Shown here: one piece after another, positions 21,601 through 30,554 of the stretch | Position numbering within the stretch: position 1 is the stretch's first letter | Layout of the letters: the number at the start of each line of letters is the position of its first letter | NCBI GenBank assembly: GCA_039811685.1 | Contig: JBDHZC010000001.1 | Coordinates: 576,001-640,000 of the forward strand | Origin: Armatimonadota bacterium | Lineage (GTDB): Bacteria; Armatimonadota; UBA5829; DSUL01 | Length of the DNA: 64,000 nt | Direction of reading: 5' to 3' | Program-made: the position numbers and the translations under genes | The notes under the pieces: generated by a model | Databases searched by the model: none | Told to the model about the DNA's origin: nothing | What the model saw: the letters and a program-made list of their open reading frames with translations, nothing else

Positions 21601-21835
21601 TCACATTGACCCGTGGTGGAATCCGGCAGTGGAGTCCCAGGCCAGCGACCGCACGCACCGCATCGGACAGACCAGGCCTGTATTTATCCAGAAGTTGATA
21701 GCCCAGGATTCAGTTGAGGAGAAGATGCTGGAGCTTCAGCAGCGCAAGCGCGAACTGGTGGAAAAACTGATTTCATCGGAGGCTTCCTTCTTCAAATCAC
21801 TCTCGGCTGACGACGTGTCAGAGCTGTTTGGCTAG
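18632..21835 (+). CDS. SWIM zinc-finger SNF2-family helicase
   Basis: CTCP...FCKH SWIM motif; LRPYQ, LADDMGVGKT, DESQ, LTGTPVEN, DPWWNPAVESQASDRTHRIGQ. Confidence 0.95.
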   Translation: MTSPDPDNFTLGNIDLFKAAESAPEAVVARGKIYYRKRLARIEDYDGQEATALVQGTQAEPYVVKIALDQHSRGKSVLVSCTCPHAQNSPGQFCKHHIAGLLELAHFLRTQPGRTDWRTTLNTALAQRPPRLKDTFHRLVFVLNGYPGVWDVEAQSIDLRALGVDSDATAGQVREVICGTQGVSLAPVASASTGASMARNPEEATAVRLIADRRRSQHDATTVLPTVLPLLKESVVTLRPNGSDKLEVVTVLEQTGRPELELLTDDGAYLLRPQIRLNDGVVNVGEGEAALICNRPAWVFAQGQLLQVEDSSGLLSWLVSAVPMRIPENDLPELMSSFVMPLSVRLPVVSDLLEVREEIDENPTPRLYLLEADGELVIHLRFGYGAAEAVFSSDYPETTHWYDAGRRGLVKILRKPETEVLWHTAALEHGLKKGKERNTLQLRQSITPAEFLLLKSPKLLGLGFEIFGEESLKSVRVNRSAPRISLGISSGIDWFDVRAEVVFGDTSATLRDLRRAIRKGQSYIKLADGSMGHIPDDWLRRYRRILVLAEETEHGLRLTRTQAALLEGIIEESDQTTLDEEFIRNRKELVRLQALEAQPLPSGLRVELRPYQRHGYDWLRFLYDHRFGGCLADDMGVGKTVQALALLQWLKENSSEQGASLVVAPKSVIENWHREAARFAPDLSVHMHTEMNRTRDVSLFDDFDLIITTYGLMRRDIAMLAKYAFKVIILDESQAIKNPGADTARAARSLHASCRLALTGTPVENNTLELWSQFAFLNPGMLGSVEAFRSEFANQIEKGEDQQIVEELRALVQPFILRRTKEEVAPELPERTESVVYCEMEAPQRKLYDQTKASYRAQLLGLIQQQGIDKSRMRILEGLLRLRQICNHPQLVDKEYDGPSTKMEALMEILSTVTSEGHKALVFSQFTRMLSVVKRELDRRRTPYAYLDGRTKNRQEVVDQFQEDPSVPLFLISLKAGGLGLNLTAADYVIHIDPWWNPAVESQASDRTHRIGQTRPVFIQKLIAQDSVEEKMLELQQRKRELVEKLISSEASFFKSLSADDVSELFG

Positions 21836-21994
21836 ACTCAGACAAACGAAAGTAGACCACAGGTGTCATTTACGCAACTCTGCCGCATCTTTGCAGGGCT
21901 GGTAATGGAAAAAGCCTTGCCGCATCGCCCAAGTGGGCCGTACTGATTGAGGAATATCCCGCGCCTGGAGAGTGGCGCTTCAACATCCAATAAC

Positions 21995-22025
21995 AAGCCG
22001 CCTCAGCATTCTGCCGAGGCGGCTT
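21995..22025 (-). terminator. Probable intrinsic terminator between convergent genes
   Basis: 13-bp stem AAGCCGCCTCGGC/GCTGAGGCGGCTT with T-rich flanks. Confidence 0.65.
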
Positions 22026-22052
22026 GGTTTAGCATGAGAGATATCTGAGAGA

Positions 22053-22760
22053 TCAGAGGAGCATGCGTCGCCGCAGGCCCAGCAAGCTCACCAATCCCGT
22101 GCCAAGCGCCAGCATACTGGCAGGTTCTGGAACTACGGGGGTGTATTCAACACGCAGGTTCTCCCAGATGAGTGTACTGTTGCCCGCAAACAACTTATCT
22201 TTGAAGTTGAAGTCCAGAAAGAGTATCAGGTTGCCACTCTCGTTACCAGTGTTCAGACTGGTCAGACTCGTGGTGACCGTCTGCCATGTTCCGTTCGCGG
22301 CTCCGTTGTTGCCCCACTCAAGCACCTGAACGGTTCGGTCGTAGCCCTGAAGAGTGATATTGCAGGAAAACTGCGTATCACTGCCCAGGTCGTTTCCGTA
22401 CACGTCCGCCTTCATCAAAACAGGCTTTGTCCAGTCGATGGGCTGAAAGGGTAGCGCAACATCATTGACCTTGAAGCCAGTCTTATAGATAGCGATTGTG
22501 CCGCTGGCGGGGTTTAGAGTTCCAGGGACGTCAATACGCCAGGCGCTGTCTGAGCCAGTGTGTGGGGCCAGGACGATACTTTTCTCCTGGGTGTCAAACG
22601 ATGGAGGGCCATAGCCAAAATAGGTCCACCCAGCAGGTATCGACCCAACAGGTCCTGCAACGTAAGTCCCATTGAAGTCTTCAATGTAGGCCGTCGTTGC
22701 CCCGGCCTGACACACGAGGACAGCCATAAGCGCTGCGCAAATAGCTGCAACTCTGTACAT
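22053..22760 (-). CDS. PEP-CTERM sorting domain surface protein
   Basis: Signal peptide; C-terminal VPEPASMLALGTGLVSLLGLRRR; AAGGAG SD. Confidence 0.93.
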   Translation of the reverse strand: MYRVAAICAALMAVLVCQAGATTAYIEDFNGTYVAGPVGSIPAGWTYFGYGPPSFDTQEKSIVLAPHTGSDSAWRIDVPGTLNPASGTIAIYKTGFKVNDVALPFQPIDWTKPVLMKADVYGNDLGSDTQFSCNITLQGYDRTVQVLEWGNNGAANGTWQTVTTSLTSLNTGNESGNLILFLDFNFKDKLFAGNSTLIWENLRVEYTPVVPEPASMLALGTGLVSLLGLRRRMLL

Positions 22761-22848
22761 CGTCATTTCTCCTTCCAAGAGGTCGCGCTATCCACCGGTG
22801 TGGCGTGCGCGACTCAAACTGCATCCATCTTGTGTGAATGCTTAGTTA

Positions 22849-22877
22849 AGTATCTCAACTCAGCGCTTAGCTGTCAA
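22849..22877 (-). promoter_or_regulatory. Sigma70-type promoter of the PEP-CTERM gene
   Basis: TTGACA-17 nt-GATACT with an extended TGn. Confidence 0.6.
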
Positions 22878-23147
22878 CCGATTCCATCAAAATATCCGGT
22901 TTCATTTCTGAAAATGCCCGTCAAAGGGGATACTGGATGTGAGCCAGGCCGGGATCCTGTCACAAGCGAAACATAATGAGTCACGCTCAAGCGAGGCGCA
23001 CAGAGCAGAGGACGCACTCTGAATACGATCTGAATCGCTGACAACTGCACTAGTAGGTCCACCGAAGGGTGAGGCAGGTGACAGGTCGCGACAGTCCGTC
23101 TCGAAGACAGCGCACAGCGTTACGAGCTTCAGTTCCAACAATGCCGC

Positions 23148-23843
23148 CTACCCGACTAAGATCAGGCGTCCGAACCGCGCGGGAACGTGGTAGTCTGCAG
23201 GACTTTTGAGTGTGGGAGACCAGGCAAGGTACTGCTCGTGCGGTCTATGCTCTATGCGCAGAAAGTTTGCGCGCCACACATCGCCGTGCGCGGGCGTGTG
23301 TGCGTTATCGGAGAGATCCGCAAATCCGATTGAGAGACGGGCGCTCCAGCCCTCACACTGTGGAAGCTGTTGCGATTCTGACCGTGCGATACGGACTGCT
23401 GAGTCAAAGCTGCATGCGTCCCAGGCGACGTCCGCTGTCATATCCTTCCTGTCCCCTGTAGGGCTGACGATGCGTCCATCCCACTGAACGTTGAAAGGAC
23501 TCAGTTCAAACTCGCGATATATGGACGGAGGAGCCTCGCCGCTGCCAATGAACAACTCGACCACTTCCTGCTCATATATGGGATCATCGCGCCTTGTGTA
23601 GTCGCTCCAGACTTCACTGTCGACGCAGACAAACAGCAGGTGAAGAGCCTTTGACGTCCAGCACGCGCGCACTTCAGTTTGTGCAAGAGCTCCGGACCCA
23701 TCGACGGTATCCACGAGAAAAACACCTGCTATGCTGTCCCAGGGCGCGTCATTGACGCCTCCTTCGAGGGACGGGGCATGAGGGACTCGCACGACAGAAT
23801 ACGTCGGCACCGGCAGAGCGCCGTTATCAGTAGGTGCGCTCAT
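23148..23843 (-). CDS. Carbohydrate-binding family 9-like (DOMON-like) protein
   Basis: RDDPIYEQEVVELFI, YREFELSP, WRANFLRI, YH.PARFG. Confidence 0.85.
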   Translation of the reverse strand: MSAPTDNGALPVPTYSVVRVPHAPSLEGGVNDAPWDSIAGVFLVDTVDGSGALAQTEVRACWTSKALHLLFVCVDSEVWSDYTRRDDPIYEQEVVELFIGSGEAPPSIYREFELSPFNVQWDGRIVSPTGDRKDMTADVAWDACSFDSAVRIARSESQQLPQCEGWSARLSIGFADLSDNAHTPAHGDVWRANFLRIEHRPHEQYLAWSPTLKSPADYHVPARFGRLILVG

Positions 23844-23964
23844 GCAAGGCTCCTTTGTGGATGGAAATCAGCGGAGAATCAAAGTTGGATTCTATTGTTG
23901 CGGTGTAAGCTGATATGGTATACTCCTGTGGCAACGCGCTGATCTACTTCTGCGCGTCGGTGGT

Positions 23965-24038
23965 CGGGGCGTGGCTCAGCTTGGTAGAGCGCTCGTTTCG
24001 GGTGCGAGAGGTCGGGAGTTCAAATCTCCCCGCCCCGA
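23965..24038 (+). tRNA. tRNA-Pro (anticodon CGG), CCA not encoded
   Basis: CGGGGCG/CGCCCCG acceptor, CTCGT-TTCGGGT-GCGAG anticodon arm, GTTCAAATC T loop. Confidence 0.95.
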
Positions 24039-24107
24039 TCTTTGTTTCTTCTTCTCGCTACTGCGCTCTCCTCAAGCGGCGACGTCCAGTGTCCAATCAT
24101 TTAGGCT

Positions 24108-25334
24108 GTGAATACCCGACTTCCTCTTTTGCTTAGCCTGCTGCTGATTGCTGTCACCTTGAGCGCCTGGCGCAATGCCTGCGCAACGCCGCTCTCTGAT
24201 GCTCCTCAGCTCATTCGAGTTCTCATCACGCGCCTGTCCGCGTCCCAGCCCCTCACACTCTCAGGACCGGACCTCCAGTACAAGACAGTCTCCGGCGAGT
24301 GGAAAGCTCTGGGTTCTTCTGTTATTACCGTTCCCGCTTGCGCTACGCCGCTGACGCCCACGGAATCAGTGCTTCCAGCGGATGCGCTAAAGCCGATAGA
24401 GGTGCGATGTCCTGCCACGGCGATCACTGTGCAACAAAGCGAGAAGACTTTCACATATCGGGGAGAGCTGAGGGTGGATAGTGCGCGAAGTACAATCGTC
24501 AACACACTCAGTGTGGAGGACTATCTCCGCGGCGTCGTGCCTTCAGAGATGCCTGTGAGTTTTCCTCTGGAGGCTCTGAAAGCTCAGGCAGTGGCTGCTC
24601 GCAGCTATGCACTGGCAAGCTTGGGCAAACACAGGGACTCTGGGGCCGATGTGTGCGATGTAGACCAATGCCAGGCGTACAGAGGAGCGAGTGCGGAGAC
24701 TCAGAACACAGACTGCGCGGTTTTCGAAACGAAGGGAGAAGCGCTGGTTGTTGGAACGCGAGTCCTATCGGCTATGTACAGCGCAGACTGTGGGGGCTCC
24801 CTTGCAGGAATGGACCAACTCGGGCCCTCCAGCGTCCAACCTGACTGCAGCGAAGATGGGAAAGCCTACTGTCTTGAAAATCCTCGGCACGAATGGGAAG
24901 CTCGGTTCCCGGTCGCAGAGGTCCTGCGCGCTGCAAAGGAAACCAAAGCCGTCGAGCTGATGGCCATTGAAATAGCCAGCCGCGATGAATCCGGCCGGGC
25001 TGTGCAGCTTCGTCTCACGCATGACCAGGGCCAAACTGTCATTGACGCCAAGGTCTTGCGGCGCACACTAGGGTCATCGCGCATGAGAAGCCTGCTGTGC
25101 ACAGTTTCCCTGGACAGCAATGCCAGGGAAGTTGTCTTCAGTGGCCAAGGCTGGGGGCATGGAGCCGGCCTTTGTCAATGGGGAGCGCGGGGAATGGCAC
25201 TGTCCAGCTCAAAAAATAACTACCAGGCGATCCTCGCTCACTACTACCCTGGAGCAACCCTTCAAAAGCTAAAAAAGCTGGCTATGCGCCCACGGGACGC
25301 CGCAGCTAAGAAGTCTGTTCTGCGCGTTCCTTAA
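24108..25334 (+). CDS. SpoIID/LytB domain lytic transglycosylase-like protein
   Basis: Signal peptide, EDYLRGVVPSEMP..EALKAQAVAARSYA, CQAYRG, GWGHGAGLCQWGA, ILAHYYPG. Confidence 0.92.
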   Translation: MNTRLPLLLSLLLIAVTLSAWRNACATPLSDAPQLIRVLITRLSASQPLTLSGPDLQYKTVSGEWKALGSSVITVPACATPLTPTESVLPADALKPIEVRCPATAITVQQSEKTFTYRGELRVDSARSTIVNTLSVEDYLRGVVPSEMPVSFPLEALKAQAVAARSYALASLGKHRDSGADVCDVDQCQAYRGASAETQNTDCAVFETKGEALVVGTRVLSAMYSADCGGSLAGMDQLGPSSVQPDCSEDGKAYCLENPRHEWEARFPVAEVLRAAKETKAVELMAIEIASRDESGRAVQLRLTHDQGQTVIDAKVLRRTLGSSRMRSLLCTVSLDSNAREVVFSGQGWGHGAGLCQWGARGMALSSSKNNYQAILAHYYPGATLQKLKKLAMRPRDAAAKKSVLRVP

Positions 25335-25758
25335 TGGCCGTAAGGACCTTTTCCGCGTTCTCCTGCATCTTCGCGGCGATGAGGTTTTTGATGAGTGGTC
25401 CGATCAGCGGAACGTCATACTGCCAGTCGATGACAGAGTCAAATCGCACTGCTCCATCCTGTTCAGCAAACGACCACACGCCGTCGTAGCGCGAGAGATC
25501 GCCCTTCAGCATCTTGAACGTGCACGTGTGAGCCTCCGGGTCCCACAGGTCCTCTTCGGTCCATTTAACGGTCATCTTGAACTCTTTGACCAGCCCCACC
25601 CACTCGGTAACCGTCCGCAGCCCGTCCTCGGAGCGCTCCAGCACCGCGAGACTCTTAAGGTCCGGCATAAACTGCGGAAAAGACTCAACATCTCGAGCTA
25701 TTTCCCACACGCGAGCAAGAGGAGCATTTACTGTAACAGAGGACTCAATACGTGGCAA
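25306..25758 (-). CDS. SRPBCC/START family (polyketide cyclase/Coq10-like) protein
   Basis: VNAPLARVWEIARDVESFPQFMP; GGGAG SD before TTG. Confidence 0.88.
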   Translation of the reverse strand: MPRIESSVTVNAPLARVWEIARDVESFPQFMPDLKSLAVLERSEDGLRTVTEWVGLVKEFKMTVKWTEEDLWDPEAHTCTFKMLKGDLSRYDGVWSFAEQDGAVRFDSVIDWQYDVPLIGPLIKNLIAAKMQENAEKVLTAIKERAEQTS

Positions 25759-25803
25759 TCAATTCTCCCGGACTCTCAACCAGCTTCTGCACGTCACAAC
25801 GCC

Positions 25804-26433
25804 CTAATTGACGCGCCTGAACAGTCCAACAACTTTTCCTACGACAGTCACATCCCGCGCGATAATTGGCTTGAGCCGCGAGTTCTCCGGCTGAAGCCGG
25901 ACGTGTCCATTCTCCCGGTAAAACCGTTTGACGGTGCCTTCTCCCTCCATCATGGCCACGACAATGTCGCCATTGTCGGCCGAAGGCTGCTCGCGAACGA
26001 CGACGTAGTCACCATCGTAGATTCCGGCCTCGACCATGCTGTCGCCGCTTACATGCAGCAGGAAGCCGCGACCTTCCGGCACCATATCGTTGGGAACTCC
26101 AAAGTAACCGTCAATATGCTCTTCCGCGAGAATGGGTTGACCGGCTGCAACGCGTCCAACTATCGGAACATTCACCAGACCCGCATCAACGGACGCTGTC
26201 TGCTCTCGTACGGACCGGATAGCCCGCGTGAGCATGCCTTCGCGCCTGATGAACCCACTTTTCTCCAGTTGCTTGAGGTGCGCATGCACGGTGGAGGGCG
26301 AGCTCAACTGCACACCTTCTCCAATCTCGCGCACTGTGGGCGGATAGCCAAATTTCTGCGTATGACGCTCTATGAACTCAAGTATCTGGCGTCGTCTGGG
26401 TGTCAGCGCATCTCCTGTCATCGTCTGTGCCAT
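25804..26433 (-). CDS. lexA: SOS repressor LexA
   Basis: GYPPTVREIG..LSSPSTVHAHL, GRVAAGQP cleavage site, GDSM, TVKR. Confidence 0.97.
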   Translation of the reverse strand: MAQTMTGDALTPRRRQILEFIERHTQKFGYPPTVREIGEGVQLSSPSTVHAHLKQLEKSGFIRREGMLTRAIRSVREQTASVDAGLVNVPIVGRVAAGQPILAEEHIDGYFGVPNDMVPEGRGFLLHVSGDSMVEAGIYDGDYVVVREQPSADNGDIVVAMMEGEGTVKRFYRENGHVRLQPENSRLKPIIARDVTVVGKVVGLFRRVN

Positions 26434-26454
26434 CCTGATTGCTCCGGCGCGAAC

Positions 26455-28953
26455 CTAAGGTGTCTTTGCAGACTTTTTGGACTTCGCACTATCCGCAGGT
26501 TTCCCTGCGACTGCTTCGTCAGCCTCGACAGTGCTCGGAATTCGCTCCAGTGCGGCCAACTCGTCGCCTTCATCGAGATTCATAACTCGGACGCCCTGCG
26601 TACTGCGCCCGATGCTGCGAAGTTCTTTCACCTCAAACTTGATAATGATTCCCTGCCTCGTAATGAGCATGATCCGGTCGTCCACGTCGACAATTTGGGC
26701 GGCCACAATCTTGCCTGTCCGGTCAGTTATGTTCATGGTCCTCAGGCCAAGTCCGCCTCGGCTCTGCGGACGATAGTCCTCCAGAACGGTTCTCTTGCCC
26801 ATCCCCTTTTCTGTGGCCACCAGCAATTCGGCCTTTTTGCGGACAATTCCCATCCCGACAACAATGTCATCTGGGCGCAGCTTGATGCCCCGGACACCAC
26901 CCGCCGCACGCCCGCTCGCACGCACGTCGCGCTCAGAGAAGCGAATGCTCATCCCGTCCCGCGTCACCATCACAATCTCATCGCTGCCATGCGTCAGCTC
27001 GACCCACTTCAGATCGTCATCTTCTTCCAGATCAAAAGCGCGCAATCCGTTGGCGCGCAGATTCTGAAATGCGGCAAGTTCTATGCGCTTAATCTCGCCC
27101 AGCACAGTGGCCATGACGAAGTACCGCTCATCATCACTCTGCAATTCTCTGATTGACTGCGTGGCAGTAATATGCTCACCCGGCTCTATGTTGATGAGGT
27201 TGATGACCGGAGTCCCCATAGCCGTGCGGGAGGTCTGGGGGACTTCGTACGCTTTCAGCTTGTAGACGCGTCCCTTGTTGCTGAAGAAGAGGAGAAGATC
27301 GTGGGTCGTCGCCACGAATATCTTCTCAATCGTGTCCTCTTCCTTGGTGTTGGCGCCGATGATACCTCTGCCTCCGCGGCGCTGGCTGCGGTAGGTGTCA
27401 ATGGGCACGCGCTTTATATAGCCGTCGCGCGTAATTGTGATAATCGTCTCTTCTTCGGGGATAAGGTCCTCATCCCCGATCTCTTCAGCCTCCACCGGGA
27501 CAATGCGCGTGCGGCGGTCATCACCGTACTTATCGCGGATTGTGCGCAGCTCAGCCTTGATAACTCCCCGGACTTTTTCTGGAGAGACAAGCAGGTCTTC
27601 GTAGTAACCGATGCGCATCAGATGATCCCGGAAGTCCTTCTCAACTTCCTCGCGCTCCAGCGCAGTGAGCTGCCGCAGTTGCATAGTCAGAATGGCATCC
27701 GCCTGAAGCTGCGTAAGCTCAAACCTTTTCATCATCTCGCGCCGCGCTTCTTCCGTAGTGCGAGAAGCCCTGATCAGCGCGATAATCTCATCCAGGAACC
27801 GGATCGCGATGCGCAAGCCCTCCAGAAGATGAGCGCGGTCTCGAGCGCGCTTCAACTCCCAGATGCAGCGGCGAGTGACTACATCAATTCGGTGCTCGAT
27901 GTAGAACTCAAGGACTTGTTTCAGATTGAGCAGGCGAGGCTGGCGATCCACCAGCGCCAGCATAATGACACCGAAGTTGCTGCGAAGCGGAGTGTGCTTC
28001 AGCAGAAAGTTCAGAATCTTTCGCGGGTGAGCGTCGCGGCGCAGGTCAATGACGATTCTCATCCCGGTGCGATCGCTGTAATCGTTAATATCGGTGATGC
28101 CGTCGATCTTGCGGTTTTTCACCATGTCCGCGATCGTCTCTATAAGGTCTTTTTTTATGACCTGATAAGGGAGTTCTGTGATGACGATGGAGGCTTTGCC
28201 AGATTCCCCAGTCTCTATCGCCACGTCACCCTGCATCGTGATCTGCCCACGGCCGGTTTCGTAGGCCTTCCGGATTCCTTTGAGACCCAGCACCATACCC
28301 TTGGTAGGAAAGTCTGGTCCCTTGATGAAGGTCATCAGCTTTGCGATGTCGGCTTCCGGGTTGTCAATCAGATGAATGATGCCATTGAGCAGCTCAGTCA
28401 GATTGTGAGGTGGAATGTTGGTGGCCATTCCGACAGCGATGCCAGTCGTGCCATTCGCCAGCAGGTTGGGAAAGCCAGCAGGCAGAACCACGGGTTCCTG
28501 CTTGGTCTGATCGTAGTTGTCAATCCAATCGACCGTGTCTTTTTCAATGTCGGCCATCATCTCCATCGCAAGGGGCGACAGACGCGCTTCTGTGTAGCGC
28601 ATGGCCGCTGGAGGGTCTTTGTCGATAGAGCCGAAGTTGCCCTGTCCGTCAACAAGCGGATAGCGAAGGCTGAAGTCCTGCGCCATGCGCACCATCGTGG
28701 GATAGATGACTTCTGTGCCGTGCGGGTGATAGTTGCCCTGCGTTTCGCCGCAGACTTTTGCGGACTTAACGTGAGCGGAGTTGGGGCCGACGCCAAGCTG
28801 GCGCATTGCGTAGAGGATTCGTCTTTGGACGGGTTTCAGACCGTCTCTCACATCGGGGAGCGCTCTTGCGATGATGGTGCTCATCGCGTATTCGAGATAC
28901 GAGCGCTTCATCTCGTTCTCGATGTTGACCTCAAAGACTTCCCTGGCTATCAA
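26455..28953 (-). CDS. gyrA: DNA gyrase subunit A
   Basis: [23 protein letters not shown], GyrA-box QRRGGRG. TTG 28953 follows GAGAGG. Confidence 0.97.
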   Translation of the reverse strand: MIAREVFEVNIENEMKRSYLEYAMSTIIARALPDVRDGLKPVQRRILYAMRQLGVGPNSAHVKSAKVCGETQGNYHPHGTEVIYPTMVRMAQDFSLRYPLVDGQGNFGSIDKDPPAAMRYTEARLSPLAMEMMADIEKDTVDWIDNYDQTKQEPVVLPAGFPNLLANGTTGIAVGMATNIPPHNLTELLNGIIHLIDNPEADIAKLMTFIKGPDFPTKGMVLGLKGIRKAYETGRGQITMQGDVAIETGESGKASIVITELPYQVIKKDLIETIADMVKNRKIDGITDINDYSDRTGMRIVIDLRRDAHPRKILNFLLKHTPLRSNFGVIMLALVDRQPRLLNLKQVLEFYIEHRIDVVTRRCIWELKRARDRAHLLEGLRIAIRFLDEIIALIRASRTTEEARREMMKRFELTQLQADAILTMQLRQLTALEREEVEKDFRDHLMRIGYYEDLLVSPEKVRGVIKAELRTIRDKYGDDRRTRIVPVEAEEIGDEDLIPEEETIITITRDGYIKRVPIDTYRSQRRGGRGIIGANTKEEDTIEKIFVATTHDLLLFFSNKGRVYKLKAYEVPQTSRTAMGTPVINLINIEPGEHITATQSIRELQSDDERYFVMATVLGEIKRIELAAFQNLRANGLRAFDLEEDDDLKWVELTHGSDEIVMVTRDGMSIRFSERDVRASGRAAGGVRGIKLRPDDIVVGMGIVRKKAELLVATEKGMGKRTVLEDYRPQSRGGLGLRTMNITDRTGKIVAAQIVDVDDRIMLITRQGIIIKFEVKELRSIGRSTQGVRVMNLDEGDELAALERIPSTVEADEAVAGKPADSAKSKKSAKTP

Positions 28954-29000
28954 TCTATAGATGCCTCTCTGTGTGCGCGTGCAGCGGCAGATCCATCGAC

Positions 29001-29012
29001 AAACATTTGTTC
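29001..29012. promoter_or_regulatory. Putative SOS (LexA) box of the gyrA-lexA operon
   Basis: GAAC-AAAT-GTTT on the minus strand, about 10 nt downstream of the -10 element. Confidence 0.7.
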
Positions 29013-29022
29013 CTGCCTGTTG

Positions 29023-29052
29023 AGTATATCGGCTGCGGGTACCAAGCGTCAA
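29023..29052 (-). promoter_or_regulatory. Sigma70-type promoter of gyrA-lexA
   Basis: TTGACG-18 nt-TATACT. Confidence 0.7.
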
Positions 29053-29221
29053 GCGCCCGCCAAAGACCCCGAGCTCCTTAGACGCAGGCTACCAGAAAAC
29101 CTTCGCGTGTACGGTGGTCATTTCGGTCAGCGGAGCAGGCGGGAGCGCACAGGGCACAGGAGACGCCAGTTGACACGCGCGTCGCCTGGAGCGCGCCTGC
29201 TACATGCGGGCTGCTCCACGC

Positions 29222-29251
29222 AAAAAAGGGACGGCTCGCGAGCCGTCCCTT
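29222..29251 (-). terminator. Intrinsic terminator of the NlpC/P60 gene
   Basis: AAGGGACGGCTCGCGAGCCGTCCCTTTTTT: GC stem plus U-tract. Confidence 0.85.
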
Positions 29252-29283
29252 CTAATGAGTTGCCTTAAATCTCTACGTCTGGC

Positions 29284-30306
29284 TCACTTGACCCGACGCG
29301 CTCCGACAAAGCGCTTGCCGTAGTAGGAGGAACTGAGTGAGTCCACCTTCACGCCGCCGCGGGGATTGCTGGCATGAATAAACTTCCCATCTCCAGTGTA
29401 AACACCGACGTGCCCGACTCTCATCCCGCGAGTGGAGAAGAAAACCAGATCTCCGGGTTTCAGGTCTTTGCGGTCAATCTTCTGTCCAGTTCTGGACTGT
29501 GCGGCGGCATTATGCGGCAAGGCCACGCCATGCTTTGCATAGACCCACCGGGTAAAACCGCTGCAGTCAAATCCGCCACGAGACACACCGCCGTAGCGGT
29601 AGCGAGACCCGCGTTGCGCCATAGCAGTGCGCAGCACGGCCATAGAACCCGGTTCGGCCTCACGAGCGCCGGTGGCCGTCTGAACAGGCTCGGCCTGAGC
29701 CAGCCGGTCTGCCTTCGAGACGTGACCCATATACTGCTTGGAAGACGACGACTTGGCGACGTGCGCAGGACTGCGGCGGGATGAAGTGGCAACCTTCTTC
29801 GGGGCAGCCGGCCTGGAAGCTGTCGTTTGAGGCTGCGCGACAGGAGTTGACCGGATGAGGTAGTCGCCGACCCATCCCATCGTACCCGACTGCGTCTTGA
29901 CCTGGTGCCAGTGCCACTTGGTCTGCAAAATCTTCACTTTGGCGCCGGCGGGCAACGTGCCTACTTTCTTACCGGAGGCTTCCGGCTCGCTACGCATCGG
30001 CGCAGATCGCGCGACGACACCCAGAGCGACCACATGCGGGTGAGAGGTTGTTTGTGTCGCAGAGCTTGTGTGGGCAGCGCTCGCAGCGCCGGGAATCTTG
30101 AGAGCTTGACCGAGCTGGAGCACAGATTTGTCGGTCAGCCCGTTGGCGTGAGCCAAATCTTTGTAGGAGACGTTGTACTTCCGAGCTATTGAACTCAGAG
30201 AGTCTCCCTTCCGAATGGTGTGAACAGTAGCGGATACTGATCCTAGGACGGCCAGAGTAGAAGTTACAGAGATAAATCCTACAACCGCTAGTCTCTTGAT
30301 CATCAA
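29284..30306 (-). CDS. Peptidoglycan endopeptidase (LysM + SH3 + NlpC/P60)
   Basis: Signal peptide, HTIRKGDSLSSIARKYNV, GWVGDYL, GFDCSGFT, DLKPGDLVFF, GHVGVYTGDGKFIHAS. Confidence 0.93.
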   Translation of the reverse strand: MMIKRLAVVGFISVTSTLAVLGSVSATVHTIRKGDSLSSIARKYNVSYKDLAHANGLTDKSVLQLGQALKIPGAASAAHTSSATQTTSHPHVVALGVVARSAPMRSEPEASGKKVGTLPAGAKVKILQTKWHWHQVKTQSGTMGWVGDYLIRSTPVAQPQTTASRPAAPKKVATSSRRSPAHVAKSSSSKQYMGHVSKADRLAQAEPVQTATGAREAEPGSMAVLRTAMAQRGSRYRYGGVSRGGFDCSGFTRWVYAKHGVALPHNAAAQSRTGQKIDRKDLKPGDLVFFSTRGMRVGHVGVYTGDGKFIHASNPRGGVKVDSLSSSYYGKRFVGARRVK

Positions 30307-30497
30307 GACTCCACTTCCTTCCTGATTCTAGAGCTAGATCGGCTGGAAAACAGAGCTTTGGGTCAGGGCGCATCTGCTCTTCCAGTCCCAGGTCTCAACG
30401 CTGTTGAGACAAACGTTGCCACGAGTCCGTTCGCGACGGTTGCGCCGGACGAGAATGGAACGCGTCTCGATCAGTCCCGGCACAGTAAACTTTCGGT

Positions 30498-30526
30498 AGT
30501 ATAAGTACGTCTCAGCAGAGTGTCAA
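30498..30526 (-). promoter_or_regulatory. Near-consensus sigma70 promoter about 190 nt upstream of the NlpC/P60 gene
   Basis: TTGACA-17 nt-TATACT. Confidence 0.8.
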
Positions 30527-30554
30527 CCCCAAAAATGTGAACAATGTGCGAAAT

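Noticed and set aside
18632..21835. SNF2 helicase as part of a defence system
   Set aside because: It has a stand-alone SWIM-SNF2 architecture among housekeeping genes, with no nuclease or methylase partners.
25528..29268. Two long plus-strand ORFs (542 and 698 aa)
   Set aside because: They are antisense shadows of gyrA/lexA with no recognisable motifs, as expected from codon bias.
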